The translations under genes and the position numbers were made by a program. A model generated the notes under the pieces. That model was not told where the DNA came from. It saw nothing but the letters and a program-made list of their open reading frames with translations, and ran no database searches. A stretch of DNA of 63,599 nucleotides, counting the filler, from Sluysia triapertura (taxonomy: Eukaryota): NCBI GenBank assembly GCA_046118255.1. It is 5 parts of 5 records of this genome, joined end to end, with 100 filler letters (N's around TTAATTAATTAA, not from the genome) between each part and the next. Parts side by side here need not be neighbours in the genome. Positions count along the whole stretch, not along the records: positions 1 to 15,100 come from JBJNIA010239438.1; 4 more parts are not named here. The stretch is one strand, 5' to 3'. Shown here piece by piece: positions 1 through 13,448 of this stretch (position 1 is the stretch's first letter; every line of letters starts with the position of its first letter).

Positions 1-44
<44 letters not shown>
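1..44. repeat. (AAT)n microsatellite
   Basis: Perfect AAT repeats at the window start. Confidence 0.97.
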
Positions 45-49
45 TGTTA

Positions 50-265
50 TTTTAATATAAGAAGTGATTCATAAAAACTAGATCGAGTAGAGTAGAAGAA
101 AAAAATGAGAGTTGATTGTTAATCGAATTATTTTGTTTTGCTTGATAGGTCTTACCATATAAGTGTCAAAGTCGTTTTAGTCGGTTTAATCTTTAAAAGA
201 TGTTTGGATTATTTGTGTAAAGGTAATTCCTGATTGTAAGTTTGAGAGTGATTTGACGGTAAAGA
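50..265 (-). repeat. Dispersed repeat family A, partial copy (possibly Penelope-like 3' region)
   Basis: aaaaactagatcgagtagagtagaagaaaaaaatgagagttgattgttaatcgaatt matches 31650-31710 and, reverse-complemented, 28200-28420. Minus strand reads ...TLLDLVFYESLLILK, resembling the LxxxESLxI end of Penelope GIY-YIG ORFs. Confidence 0.6.
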
Positions 266-422
266 AATATGAAAGCGAATACATAGAAAATTTTTCACTT
301 AATACAAAGGTGTGGGGAGGGCTTTTTGTTTTAAAGATTTATTAAACACGTTAAAACTTTCAATTAATATAAAACAATTTACAAAAAAATGTTAACAATT
401 AACAAGATAGGCGCAAAGCCTT

Positions 423-992
423 TTAAAAAAACAATTTTAATAACGAGCCAACATTTGAATGCAATATATTAATAAACAAGAAAATATTTATAAAGATAGA
501 GATAATTATACTGGATAAAAGTGTTGAAAGTACAATAATTTGCTTGTTCGATGTTGGTTTCACGAGATTAGATACGGAATTGAAATTTCTCGATACAAAA
601 TTAGCCAAAGTAATATTACTTGTCGAACGACATGTTAAGTATAGGCACTCTTTCATTTTATCTTCTACATCCATGTTAAAACCCATTTCGTAAATCGTTT
701 TATTTGACTTTTGATGTGATACATAACGCATTTGATTCCATAAGCGATCAACATTATCATCAACTTTAACTTCATGTGGAAATAATGAAATAATCAAATG
801 GATTTGTATTATTACATATTTCATTACGTAGCTCTGGAAATTTGAATTTAATTTGTATATAGAATAATCTCATATCAGAAATTATTTAAAATCATAACTG
901 AAAATTTTTGTAACGCATATTCCATGATAAATGGCAACAAATATGCAAACAATAAGAAAGAACAACAGTAAAAAGAATGACTTAACATTCAT
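423..992 (-). pseudogene. Disrupted small membrane/secreted protein gene of unknown family
   Basis: ATG at 992 gives a signal-peptide-like MNVKSFFLLLFFLIVCIFVAI, then stops and frameshifts, then ORF 423..824 ending in a hydrophobic segment (IIVLSTLLSSIIISIFINIFLFI). Confidence 0.4.
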
Positions 993-1171
993 AACAAAGT
1001 TTCGACCATAATTTAATAAAAAAATCAATTATTTATTTATTAGCAATATTTAATTATAAATTGATACATTTGGGTTTAATGAAAAAATGTTCAGTTTCAT
1101 CTTAAATGAAAAGTCAAAATCGCTAATATAATAAACCTATTTAGAATCTGAGTAACTGTAATTATCAATTC

Positions 1172-1234
1172 TTATCCACACAATCCATGTGTTGCATTGC
1201 AAATATCACTTAGATTTGAATTTACTTGTGTAAC

Positions 1235-1315
<81 letters not shown>

Positions 1316-4200
1316 TCGCTCGTCACCATAGTTGTCATGACTACGTCGATAATTTAAATTATCAGTACTGTTCATTGTAAGAAAATTATCAATATCTAAT
1401 TGTCGATTGAAAATAAACTCCATTCTTCCACATATTGTGACATTAGACTTATTAACTTTGTACATTTATCTTTGCTAACCTTAATACTAGTATTACTATC
1501 AAATTTGAATTTACGAATCAGTCGACGAGATTTGTAATTAGGTCCAATAACAATAGGAGAAATAGAATTGATATGAAATTTAAAAATGTGACGTTATTAG
1601 CATCTGCAAATATTTTGTGCCAATTATTTTGATTTTGAAAACATAACCCAGTATCTGCCTCCGTGGCAAATCTACCATTTGAAGACTGTAGGAAAATTTG
1701 TTTGGCCATTTCTGAACGAGATAAACAGAAATAGTTGAACTATGTGGACCAAGTACAACAAGAGGTCGAGAAGGTAGATCGGATGATTTAATTCGAATTA
1801 TTGGATAGAAGAGTGATTTTTGCAGCCAAGTAATTTTATTAGTCATATCATCTGAGATCGAAATATGGTGACAATTCTTAGCGTTACTAGAATTCATATT
1901 CGACTTTCGAAGAGTCTATGAAAAAATCTTCCAAAATTCGCATGTAGTTGACGAGTATCTGAAATTTGTGGAAGTAATTATTGTATTGTTCGTTAATATA
2001 CTTGAAGTATTTTAATTGTTTTTGATTTGAACAGTACAATCATCTTCAGTGGATTTCGATTCAAGAAAATATTTTCTACAAGATGAATTTAGTTCCCATG
2101 ATACTACTCGTCTATGAACTGGTGATGCCATGGGTTGATATTTATTTGATTTTAATTGGTTTAACTTGTCCAAAAATATTGCGGAAAATAACAAACCATC
2201 ATAAACTTTGTTATTTTTCATATCAACTTTCCAAGCATGCCACAGTTTATCCTCGTGTTGGTTTAAGTTACACGAATAAGCTTTATTGTTCGTAGATGTT
2301 AACGAAGTAGGCAGAATTGTAGCATCAACGAAAATGATATCGCCCGTTTGAAGTTCTAGGTGAAATTTAGGAATAAATTCGAAAGTACATTCACTCGAGT
2401 TTGAAAAAAGATTCTGCACCAAAAAATCGGTGTTACAAATAACTGGATTCTGGGAATTGAACGAAAACCCAGCTTCCATGTAAAATGATTCTTGAAGATG
2501 CCAATTCTGCATCAAATGATTAATCCAATAGGATCATAAATGACTTCCAATCGATAATCACAACACATTATTTAATTTTGTTATACCAATTTCGCCTATT
2601 GATCTAGAAACATCGATTCCACCTATTTCAACTATTCAGTCACCTGCCATCAGAATAAGAGGTAATGAATCCAAATATTCGATTTGTTCAATAAACAATC
2701 CTGATTTGCAACCGCCACATATTTTAATGGTCTTAACGACAGATTTGAGAGGTATTCGAATAGTTCGAATTTTAAATGCTACATTGTCAGTAATTTGGTT
2801 ATTTAATGACTTTTGTGATTGTTGTTGCTGTAATGGTTGATCACAAACAGATCGATGTCTGTTTGACTACTACTTCGAATTATATTGATACGATGAGATA
2901 CACCAGAATCACCGTAAATACTGCTACCATAATTAAAGGCACATTATCATTTGAAATTTCTGAAGTCAAAGAAAGTCGAAGCAGATGTTTTTGATTAGAT
3001 ATGTCGTTACAGTTGTTGTCATCAAAGGGCGATCGAAGAATCTGATAGATTTTACGTTTATCCAACAATTCGTGCATTTTTAATGGATTAAATTGTACTT
3101 TAAAAACCAAGTAGTATTTCTTCAATTGACCACTAGACCAAATTTGATTGGCTGATTTGATTATCTGTTGTACCAATCGCAGTGTCATTGAGAAGTCGAA
3201 CCTGTGTTGAATATGTATCTGGTGTTACTGGTTTATTGTTAACAGATAATAACTCGTCGCCTTCGAATAATTCTTCAATAAAATGTACAGAAGTTGAATG
3301 TTCGATACGCGTTATAAATATTCGATACGAGTTTAACAAATTACTGTAGCTACTGTTACAATCACAATGACCATCGGTATTGCTACTATTAATACTAGTA
3401 CAACTATCATTGTTAGTGATATTGTTAGATGGATAAAAATGGTAAATTTTAATCCTAAAGCACGCCAACTAAATGTATTTGAATTGGTTCGAACTGTAAC
3501 TTTGCCAATTTTTTCTAATTTAGGCATTCGAGATGAGTCATGACCACTATATGAGTGCACCGCGCTAGTAGGACCAATAGATTATCCTTTCGTACCAGTA
3601 AAATCAAAATGTTTATTTGAATGTGATGTTGATAGTAATACTGAATTATTGGTTTTGTTTCGACGTTATCCTCAATGACCGAATTATTCTGATCTTCCAC
3701 TATTACCAAATTAGTATTACTAAGTTTCTATGATTCTGAATGTGTAGAAGTGTGCATACTACTTAACGAATGAGGTGAAATAATTGGGGGAATTGATGTA
3801 GTCGAACTATGACTGTATTGTCGAGAAGCATAATTCAGGTTCTATTTTTGACTTGTCGGGGAAGTAACAAAGGACAACGGTCTTACTAAAGTTTTATTTT
3901 TCTTTTTGGGGAACACCGAGGACTTGAGAACTCAGTAATTAAATTGTTTAGTTCCTCGAAATCTCGTAAATGAAAAATGTATGGACATTCTTGAAATCGC
4001 AGTAATGATATATCATTTTCTTTATTATCCACTGTAATTATATCACCACACGACATATTTATGTCTTTCAAATTCACAATATTTCAAACGCCATAATGGA
4101 ACCCATTTAGTCTCTTTAGCTGCTAACATCATTGAAAATGTTTTCTTTTTCATTATTCTTATTTCAACAATGTTTATAATGTTCAATTCATCACTTTAAA
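1172..4200 (-). pseudogene. Intronless DLG5/ZO-1-type MAGUK pseudogene (PDZ-PDZ-SH3-GuK)
   Basis: Stitched frames give PDZ (IFITRIEH...LFEGDELLSVNNKPV), PDZ (IKICGGCKSGLFIEQI...AGD*IVEIGGIDV), SH3 (ESFYMEAGFSF...LQTGDIIFVDAT...WHAWKVD) and GuK-like (RPLVVLGP...VQKWPNKF...PIIVGPNYKSRRLIRK). At least 8 frameshifts and several in-frame TAG/TAA/TGA; no introns. Confidence 0.85.
1237..1313. repeat. (TTA)n microsatellite inside the MAGUK pseudogene (poly-Asn on minus strand)
   Basis: About 25 perfect units. Confidence 0.95.
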
Positions 4201-4329
4201 TCAATTTTTCTTACATTTAATAGTTCTACATGTTTCTCACTCATCTCTTGATCTACAGTTGGGCAATTCTAACATATCTCATTCCCAAGGAAAATGTCTG
4301 ATCTCAGACATCAAAACTATTAAACAATC

Positions 4330-5080
4330 AAAGAAAAAAATCACATTCATAAATATAAATATCTCAAATAATCAAAAAAAAACATAATTTTCATCAACAG
4401 CAAAATTAAACGAACAAGTATCATCTCATTTAACATTTAAAATAAAACACTCTAACTATTAACATTATCTTAAAGCATCTTATGAATGTAAGAATAAAGT
4501 AATAATTCCCATTATAAAAACATTATTTGTATTGTGGAAAAGCTGTCAATATCAACCAAATAAAACACCAAATTTCGAGTACTTATGAATAAAGTAACAA
4601 GTAAACCAATTAATCATTCATTGGCAACTAACAACATAGGATTTAACAATGGCATAGTAACCGTAATCTCATGTAGAAAAGTGAAAATTTACAATCATCA
4701 ATTAATCAAGCAGCAAGACAATTTTCCAAGTAGGGAAAATATCTCACACAACACTGATCTTAAAGAATTACTCTGATCACCAATAAATACAAGAGTAGAA
4801 TCCAAAATCATAACAATAATTTACAAACGTCTACACCATGGTAGTCCTGAACATCTCCCAGAAATAATAAAAAATTTGGAAACCAAGATGAAAATTTCAT
4901 GGAGAGATAATCTACACAAAATCCACAATGATAACAAGCTAGGTAATTGATCATACACCATTTATGTTTCAAAAATATACAACTAGCTGCCAGAGAATGT
5001 CAAACTAACGGAAGATCATGAAATATTTAAGAAAAAGGCAAAGGTCTTTGTGTTTCAAAAATGTCGAAATGAATGATTTA
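4330..5080 (+). mobile_element. Decayed 3' end of a non-LTR retrotransposon ORF2 (CR1/L2-like)
   Basis: Near 4970-5050 reads SKIYN*LPENVKLTEDHEIFKKKAKVFV, matching the typical WNxLP...FKKxLK C-terminus; A-rich sense strand. Confidence 0.55.
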
Positions 5081-5364
5081 CTTTAAGCACGTTTGATTAC
5101 TTATTTTGTAATAAACATGATCGCAATCCAATTTATTCCATTAAGCAAGTAAATTTATTTAACATTCAAAGTGTGAATTTATATTTATTAACAATTTATT
5201 GATTATTTTATTTCGTGTGTTTATTGATTATTATAATTATTGTTTAAAACAATAATTTTACTATTTTTTAATTGTGGACTAAATAATACTCATCAATTTA
5301 TTGGTCTATCAGTATAAGTATCCATCAACCTTGCTTTACTAAAATCTAATGAAACTCCTTTTAA

Positions 5365-5592
5365 CCATTCCCGGTTTATGCCGTATATTTACGGCATAAC
5401 TAAACCTGACCAGAGCATAAAATACCGTATATGTACGGCACCAAAACAATCAAACGAAAAATAAGTGTAATCTTCGTAATATTTATAAAACGACGTCGGA
5501 AATATCTTTATACACTACTTTTGTTTTTTTGTTAATAAAAAAATAGCCAGTTTTCGACCATACTCTTGAAAAATAAATAAACCGGGAAGGGG
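5365..5592. mobile_element. piggyBac-type MITE
   Basis: TTAA on both sides (5361-5364, 5593-5596); terminal inverted repeats CCATTCCCGGTTTAT / ATAAACCGGGAAGGGG; two subterminal palindromes (tgccgtatatttacggca, taccgtatatgtacggca). Confidence 0.85.
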
Positions 5593-5789
5593 TTAAATGT
5601 CTGAACTACCAACAACATATTAAACTTCACTAATTAATTAATTAAATCTTGAAATTTAAAATAATCTGCCATAATACCCACGTACCTAATATGATTTAAT
5701 AGTAGGTTCGATATATGTTGGCCTTTTACATTATTGACTTGTAGTCAATAATATTGCCAACTTTAACAGTTTATTATTTAACATTTGCT

Positions 5790-6145
5790 TAATATTTTAC
5801 CGTTCTGTTTTTTGTTAGAAATTTGTATATCTCACCTGTTTAAAAAATTAATATTGTTGAAAATGGAACGGTCAGACATTCGCACTATTATGAAGTATGA
5901 GTTCTTACATGGAACTACAGCATCACAGATCACGCGAAACATTAATAGTGTATTTGGTTCTAGTGTTATGCAGCAGAAGGTATCAAATTGGTTCGTCAAT
6001 TTTCGTACATAAATGAACCACGCGAACTCCCATAATCCAAGATCAATAACAAAGACCCATCTCAGAGCGACTTTAAATTATCGTTTAAGTTTGGTTTTAG
6101 TACACAAACCATATTAACTAATCTACTCAAATCTGTGAAAGTTGG
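5790..6145 (+). mobile_element. mariner transposase 5' fragment (HTH domains)
   Basis: MERSDIRTIMKYEFLHGTTASQITRNINSVFG...VSNWFVNFR, then broken NEPR...DPSQS...QTILTNL; ends at a (TA)n run. Confidence 0.85.
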
Positions 6146-6626
6146 GTGTATATATATATATATATAACTATTAAAAATTTTCAAAATTCCTCATTAAAAA
6201 AATTGAACTTGAAGATCATTGACAAATTTTATTAATCTTAATATCTTTAGGCAGTGAAACAAAGTAAAATAAAATAGTAATTGTAATGAAAAAATTAAAA
6301 TAATAATAATGACTAAGAGTTACTTGATTTTCCATATAAAACATGCAAAATTAAACTTATACAATCTTTATACTTTTTGTGTATTAAAAAATAAATTTCA
6401 TTTAATTATTTATTATAAAAGCCTTTTCTTACATTAACAATGATTGATTATAAAAATCTAAATCAAAAATTAATAAAAAATTATTTTTAATTTTTCACTG
6501 GAATACATTTTTCAATTTATTTTTAATTATATTAAATAAATATTACTTTAAAAATGTAATAATAATAATAATAAATAATAATAATACTTTTATATAATAA
6601 ATTTGGTTGTTTTTGATTTATGTTAA

Positions 6627-6710
6627 TTTCATAAAAGCAAAACATCAAGCCATTAACCATGGATCATGATATTTTAAAATTAAAATAACTGTTAAACTAT
6701 TATTATTATT
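6627..6710 (+). repeat. Short dispersed repeat ending in (ATT)n, copy 1
   Basis: tttcataaaa...aaccatggatcatgatatt...aactgttaaactattattatt is shared with 9479-9619. Confidence 0.7.
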
Positions 6711-7699
6711 AAATAAAATAACATTCTTATTACCATCACTATCATCTTCACAAGTATCACCCTTTTCACTACTACTTTTATCAATTTGTAGTATGTGAAA
6801 TTTGTCGATAAATCTGAATAATTTAGTTAATTTTTAAAATAATGAAAGATTTATTTTATTTTTGTGTTCATCACAAAATTTAATGAGCAATATTTAATAA
6901 TTTTTCGAAAAGCAACGATTTAATTTAAAATCAAACCAATAGAAATCACAGCTAAAACTAAATATTTAGTTTTTTATATGACAAAATAATGAGCAATATC
7001 CATTTTTAACTAACAAGCATTTTATTTTTTTAATTTGTGTATCCGCATTAAGGGTGTCCATGCTATTTTATTTTTAAATATATTTTGCTCTTGTGAAAAG
7101 ATTATTGTTTTTTAGTTATCAAACTTTATAATTACTAAACTATCTTAATCTAATTACCATTGCATTTAAATTTCCTATAATAAATTATATATAAAACAAT
7201 CCTAATGATCATTACAATTACTGTTTTAAACTAAGTCTGAAGCTAACATATTCAGTGGTATTTATGTAAGATGACATTAAATATTGTGATATCGATTATC
7301 AACTTAAAATTTAGGGGATAAATAAGTTAAATATATTGACCTTTGATAAACAGTTTGGAAGTGTTAGTTAATGATGGTTTTAAACTTCATTATTTAAAGG
7401 AATTTACTTGGTTTGTATATGAAGTAGTGAAATTAAATTGAATATAAATCAGAATATAAAGTTTTTGGGACTATAAGGAGAAAAACAAAATAAATAATCA
7501 ATATGAATAAAATTGTATACCCATCATACGCAATTATCGACGATGAACATCTCTAAAAGTTCTCTATTTAGTAAATAGTAAAGATACTAAAGGTTAAACA
7601 AAAAATAAAAAAATGAAAAGGAAACTAAACGAAGTCCCATATTTTTATTTTTATAATGTTTCAATGCATAATGCAATAAAAATTATTCCGAGAATTAAA

Positions 7700-7860
7700 C
7701 CATAAGGTCTGATTTTGTTCAAACACAAAATAATTCTTGAGAAATCAGAAACTATGAAGTATTATTTTTTGCTAATAAATATTTCGAACAACTTGAATTC
7801 TTCCAGAAGTATAAAACATTTGGTGGAAATGCGTCGAACGACATCTCTTTGAAAAATAAT
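7700..7860 (+). mobile_element. mariner transposase 3' fragment
   Basis: Reads WWKCVERHLFEK*, matching the mariner C-terminal RWxKCVExxGxYFEK*; preceded by a decayed SDFxLF-like stretch. Confidence 0.55.
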
Positions 7861-8946
7861 GCCTATAATATGTTTAAAAATTGTATGCGAAATCTTATGT
7901 TGATATTTATTTTATTTTTATGTTAGCTACATACACATATGAAACATAAGATACTAATTTATTTCTAGAATATGTAGTCTTTCAGTAAGCATTCAAGGAC
8001 ATATAATGCATAATTATTAAGCAACTTTGCCACTTACACAACAATAATGTAGTAGAACTAAGTCACTTTTCATTTAAGATTAATAAAATGATATTGTATA
8101 TGTTATATAAGTTATAAAAGTACATCTAGTTTGTGTACTACTTATGAACTTAAAAGCAAAATTAGAAACTCGCTTAAAATTTTTATGATTAATTAATTGC
8201 AATTATAATTTAATTGCATTGGTTTGCAAAATTTTAAATTTTAGTGATAGTTGGTTGTTATTTTTTAGGTTATTTCTTAAACCTTTCGCGCCGACTTATT
8301 TTTACAATTATTTTACAAATTATCGCTACATATGCAACGGACTTGTGTTGGGTCAGCCATTTTCAATTCACAATTTCTGTACTTTTTGAAAATCTAATAA
8401 GACGTATTTGAACATTTTATATTATTAATAAAATTAATATTGTTGACATCAAAACTTATTTAATTAAATTATTGTTTAATTAAAATAGTTATTAAACAAT
8501 ATTGAATCATTAAAATTATTAATTTTAATATCTCAATTGATCCATGTTTTTATACTATTTTTTAAAAATTTTTAGTTTATTTTTATTTTATTTAAATTTT
8601 ACGCAACCTGAGTTTGAAAAACATTTTCATTTCACTTTATTGTAGGACGATGTTAAAAATTGAAATTAAGACAAATTTAACAAATAAAGTTTTTCTAATG
8701 TTTAAAGCCTGTGACGCGTGCGGAAATGTAAAATATATAACATGGTGATGACTCAAAATTATCCATTTTATTCGAAATTTCAAACATTACGAAATTTCGT
8801 ATTTACGAATAGTCAAACTCCTAAACGAAAGAAAATAACGAATAAGTAATAATTTAAAAATAAAATCACACAAAACTTAATGTAATCAAGAAAAAGTTAA
8901 GTCTTTTATCATGTAAATCTTTGACAAAATTATATTTACATTAAAG

Positions 8947-9442
8947 AAGAAAATTCTTTTGAAAGGCGAAAAAAATTAATGAAACAAAAAGTAAGCAATC
9001 ATAAAACAAAGTAATGTTTTCTCTTAATTGAATTTATTTCCTACTTTTTAAATATAGGTTATAAGTAATTTTATTTGTTCAACCTTTTCCAAAATTAAAT
9101 TTATCTTACGTAATTGTAGAATATGATGAAGACATAACAAAAAAACATCTAAATGATGCTTTCGCAATGTATGAAATGGAAAAATCTCATAATGTTGAAT
9201 TATTCGACATGCGGCGACAACAAATCATAACTCGACAAGACAAAGAAGTAGAACTTTTGGTTAAAGAAAATAAAAAGGAAATGGATGAATTAGATCTTAT
9301 TCAAAATGGCGAAAGAAAAAACATTCCACGTAGTGTTAAAACTACTATGAAAACACGTTTGGAATTAAAAAGAAAAGAATTAGATATTAAGTTGGAAAAG
9401 AATTTCATAACGTCGGAACAACATAAAGAATTATATAAAGCG
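8947..9442 (+). CDS. Exons of an SLK/STK10 (STE20-like kinase) C-terminal coiled-coil; possibly an orphan or pseudogene fragment
   Basis: Exon 9120-9442 (ttgtag acceptor; gcg|gttggt donor) encodes LFDMRRQQIITRQDKEVE...QNGERKNIPRSVKTTMKTRLELKRKEL, aligning with SLK FMQRHQLLKRHEKE...[25 protein letters not shown]. Upstream piece 8947-8990 (EENSFERRKKLMKQK|gtaagc) is one base out of phase. Confidence 0.7.
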
Positions 9443-9478
9443 GTTGGTGATATACATTAATTATATTTATAATCTTAG

Positions 9479-9540
9479 TTTCATAAAAACAACACATTAA
9501 ACCTATAACCATGGACCGTGCTATATTAAAACTGTTAAAC

Positions 9541-9619
<79 letters not shown>
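9479..9619 (+). repeat. Short dispersed repeat ending in long (ATT)n, copy 2
   Basis: aaccatggaccgtgctatattaaaactgttaaac followed by about 26 ATT units. Confidence 0.75.
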
Positions 9620-12600
9620 TTACTACTACAACTACCGGCACGATCCCCAGATTCATGTGCAATGTTTATAATGTAAAGTGTTTTTAAATTTTAATATCTT
9701 TGAATGCGGCATTTTAATTTATTTAAAGAAATGAAACACTAGATTATTTTTATTTATTAATTTATTTATTATTTTTATTTATTATTTTTATTTCATTTTC
9801 TAAATTGAATTCAAAACATATTAAGTATTGTGTTTGGCGTTTGATTGACACAGTTTATTAGAAATTATTTTGCATGTTAAATGGTCAAGATAATCTTTTT
9901 TGTATTATCTTTAAAAGTTTATTTGATTCTATACCTTTTCTAATTTAAATTATAAATTATTATAGAATATTTATTCTCAAGCCTCTATTGTAAAACCTTT
10001 TTAAACATATTACCACTGTCCCTCAATAAATAAGCGAAGTAACATGGAGACAAGTTTATTATAACAGCATAGTTACTAGAATCAGTACTTAAATTCATTA
10101 AAAATTTAAACTCCAACGTAACGTTAAGCACAATATTGCTAACAAGAAACCTGATACGCTGCACAGCATATGTATAAATTAGATTTATCTTGTTAGAAAT
10201 TACTAATTGTGACCTTTGTGCAAACTGTAGCACGTTTTCCCAACATTATAAGAATTTTCAAGAAAATGATAAATTAATAAACTTAGAATTGGATATTGCA
10301 GCTTAAGATTTTGGTTGATAAACTGAATAATTTCGGTTTGGTATAGACTTGAGTATTTTAAAGTAGTATAGCAACACTATTTACCAATGATCTTGAATAA
10401 AACCTAAATTTGAATTTCTACTTGGTCAAAATAAAGTGTTTTATAATCAATGAAAACACTTTCTAAACAACTAGATTCAACTGAGCTGACAGTAATTGTC
10501 ATGTAAATGATATACTTATAAAAACTGATAAAATATCTATAACTTAACCTAGGATCAGCATATAACGCTACTAAAACGTTGAATATTGAGATTAAATTTA
10601 TAGAACTTTTAATTTTATCAGTTCATTTCATAAACATAGCATGTCAAACTTGAAATGTAGATCTAATTATAATATAACTCAAAATAATAATGTATACAAT
10701 AATAAAAACGAAATAAGATCATTTATGGTTTAATAATTCGAAACTATTTTAATGAAAAAAACGAGTCTTTATATTATATTATTTATTTGAATTGTCTACT
10801 TATTATTGTTACTTTCAAATAAACATCACTACTAATAACTTTAATGGCAAATTTAATAAGGATAAATTCAATAATATTTAATTTGATAATAATAAATTCA
10901 ATAACAACAATAATAATTAAAATAGAAAACACAACAGTAGTTTTAAAAATAATAATAAATAAAAATAAAATTAATCAATTATTCTTGTAATTAAAGTTAA
11001 TGTAAAATGTTAAAATTTACAAAAAAATTAAATATTGTTATCAATTTATATACCATTGAAATAAATAAATAAATATACATTTAATTCTTTTAATTTAATC
11101 ATGACCGTTTATCATTAAATCTAAACATTTTTTAGTACTTACGTACTTTATTTCAGGTTGAAAAAACTTAAAAACTGGATGTCCTATTGTAAGGTGAAAC
11201 AGAAGGTATTCAGCAATGAAATAAAATATTATTTTGATATAATTATAAAGTTATAGAATATATGCCCGAAACGCAATGTTATGGCACTTTTGATAATAAT
11301 GTAAAGGAAAAGACTAGGAAATAAATACTTAAAAGAAAATTATTAAAATTTGTAGTGAACTCAGGATTAAAAAACTATAATAGTAAACAAAATCGCAAGC
11401 AAATATCAACACAAAATAATACATTATTTATCTATAAAATATAAAACATAATTCAACACAATCTTACACAAAACATTATCAAACAATACACATAAAACAT
11501 AATCACAATTTTTATAATATATTCTTTAAAATCGCATAACTTCTAGTCGCATTTTGTTGGAATTATTGTCGATATGTCTTTCTCTAAAATCGCTAATTTT
11601 ATGTTTTTTAATCTGATTTCGTGCTTATGTTTGAAATTATACTACATTCAATCATTTTCTAATTGAAGTATTCTAGTCATAGTATATAAGTTTCCATAAA
11701 TAGAATTGTTAAAGTAGATGACTTTATTAAGAAACAAACAGCTCTTGAAAACATATTTTAAGATAACAGATTTGGTTAATTGTATTACAGGTTTAGTAAA
11801 TTGATTATAATCATTGCAAGTATTCGATTCAATTAAAGCCACACTCGACACGTACAAATCTAAATCGTTAAACAACTCCACTAATATAGCCAATTTACAC
11901 TTGATTATAAATGTTGAAGAGAAACAAGAAAGAAATTTTGCTATTAAAGTGTTTCGTGGATTAATTTAAAAGGATTTTCAAACAACTTTCTTGGAAAAGC
12001 AGAAAATAGATATGAATTATAATTACAATACTTCGAATAGATGGTTGAGTTATTGTTATATTGAGCGTTATTTTTATAATTTTAAATGATGAAATTTGAT
12101 GCACACAAATCTTATCCATGGTTTAAAAAGTTACCATTTAAACTTATTATATTACTGTTTCTGATCGCGAAACAGAATGGAATTTTCGTAATATAAGTGT
12201 TTTAGAAATACAAGATGAAGATATAGTATTGTAAAAACGTGATTATTACTTGTTCTGATTCTGATTGTTATATCTGATCCATATATATTGTTATATATAA
12301 TAATTACATAAACATTATTGAAACATATTTATTGATTTTAAAAATATTATTTTTATTTTGATAAAACATTGTTATTTCAATTTTTATTCATAATTCTGAT
12401 TGGAAAATAATATTTATTCGGATTTAATTAAAAGTGAGGTTTTATATTATTTGTAATATTTGTTATTTTTAAAATTATTAAAATTATCTAAATTTCCAAA
12501 TAAAACACGTGCTTTTCAAATAAATTAATTTTTAATTTCTTATTTTAAATATTTTATTCTGTTTGTTTTATCTTTGATAAACTTCATAAAGCTAAGGTAA

Positions 12601-13448
12601 AACTGAAATTTTTATCTAAAAGTAGAATTTTAAGATCATTGCTGATATTTGATCCGTCTTATAAATATATTTACAATGAACTTACATAAATGTAATTTTT
12701 ATGCATTTATTGGAAGCACGAGATGTATTGTTTCTTTTAAATTTACAATGTTCCTAATTAAATTATTGGAAGAAAAGCATTAAAAATAAACATTAATTTA
12801 CATATAAATCATATGATTCATAAATAACAAAATTAATTTAAATGATTAATTAATTAATTATTGAAGTTAAAATTACATTAATTTCTTGTATACGTGATTA
12901 CAAATGCACAGTATAAGAATAGAAATTTATTTTTGCACGAAAGATAGAAAATTTCTAAATTATAATAAAGTTATTTACACAAATATAAAAGAATTACTTA
13001 ATATAACCATTTGAAGCTCATTATAATTATAGATATTACTGTTGCACTAATAAGTTCATAAAATTGTAAGCTTATAAGAGTATAAGACAAATAATAGCCT
13101 TATTTATATTAGAATGAGATATATCAACTTAGATAAAATTTTAATATGCTTAAATCCTCTACGAATTAAGTCTCCCACTATAGGTGAACCAATAGTTTAG
13201 TAATTTTGTTGAGTAATTTATAAATTTTATTTTAAAAAAAGACACTAGCAATAATAATAATAATAACAACAACAACCCCATTATTTATGTCTGTAATTAT
13301 CTGAAGTCAAAACTTGTCCATATATTATTATGCTTTAATTAATTTTTTATTTATTAAAAGATTTATAAAAAGAAGTTTAATATTATGTAAAATAAGAATA
13401 TTTTTTCAAATTTCATGTGATTTAATATTTATTTTAATTAACTCAATC

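Noticed and set aside
3886-3916. Tiny GT-AG introns explaining the MAGUK frame changes
   Set aside because: Removing the one 31-nt GT..AG candidate gives the wrong frame, and the in-domain TGA cannot be spliced out.
1172-4200. Alternative genetic code (TAA/TAG = Gln) or programmed frameshifting to rescue the MAGUK
   Set aside because: TGA stops and frameshifts in both directions also occur, with no shared slippery motif; ric-3 ends normally at TAA.
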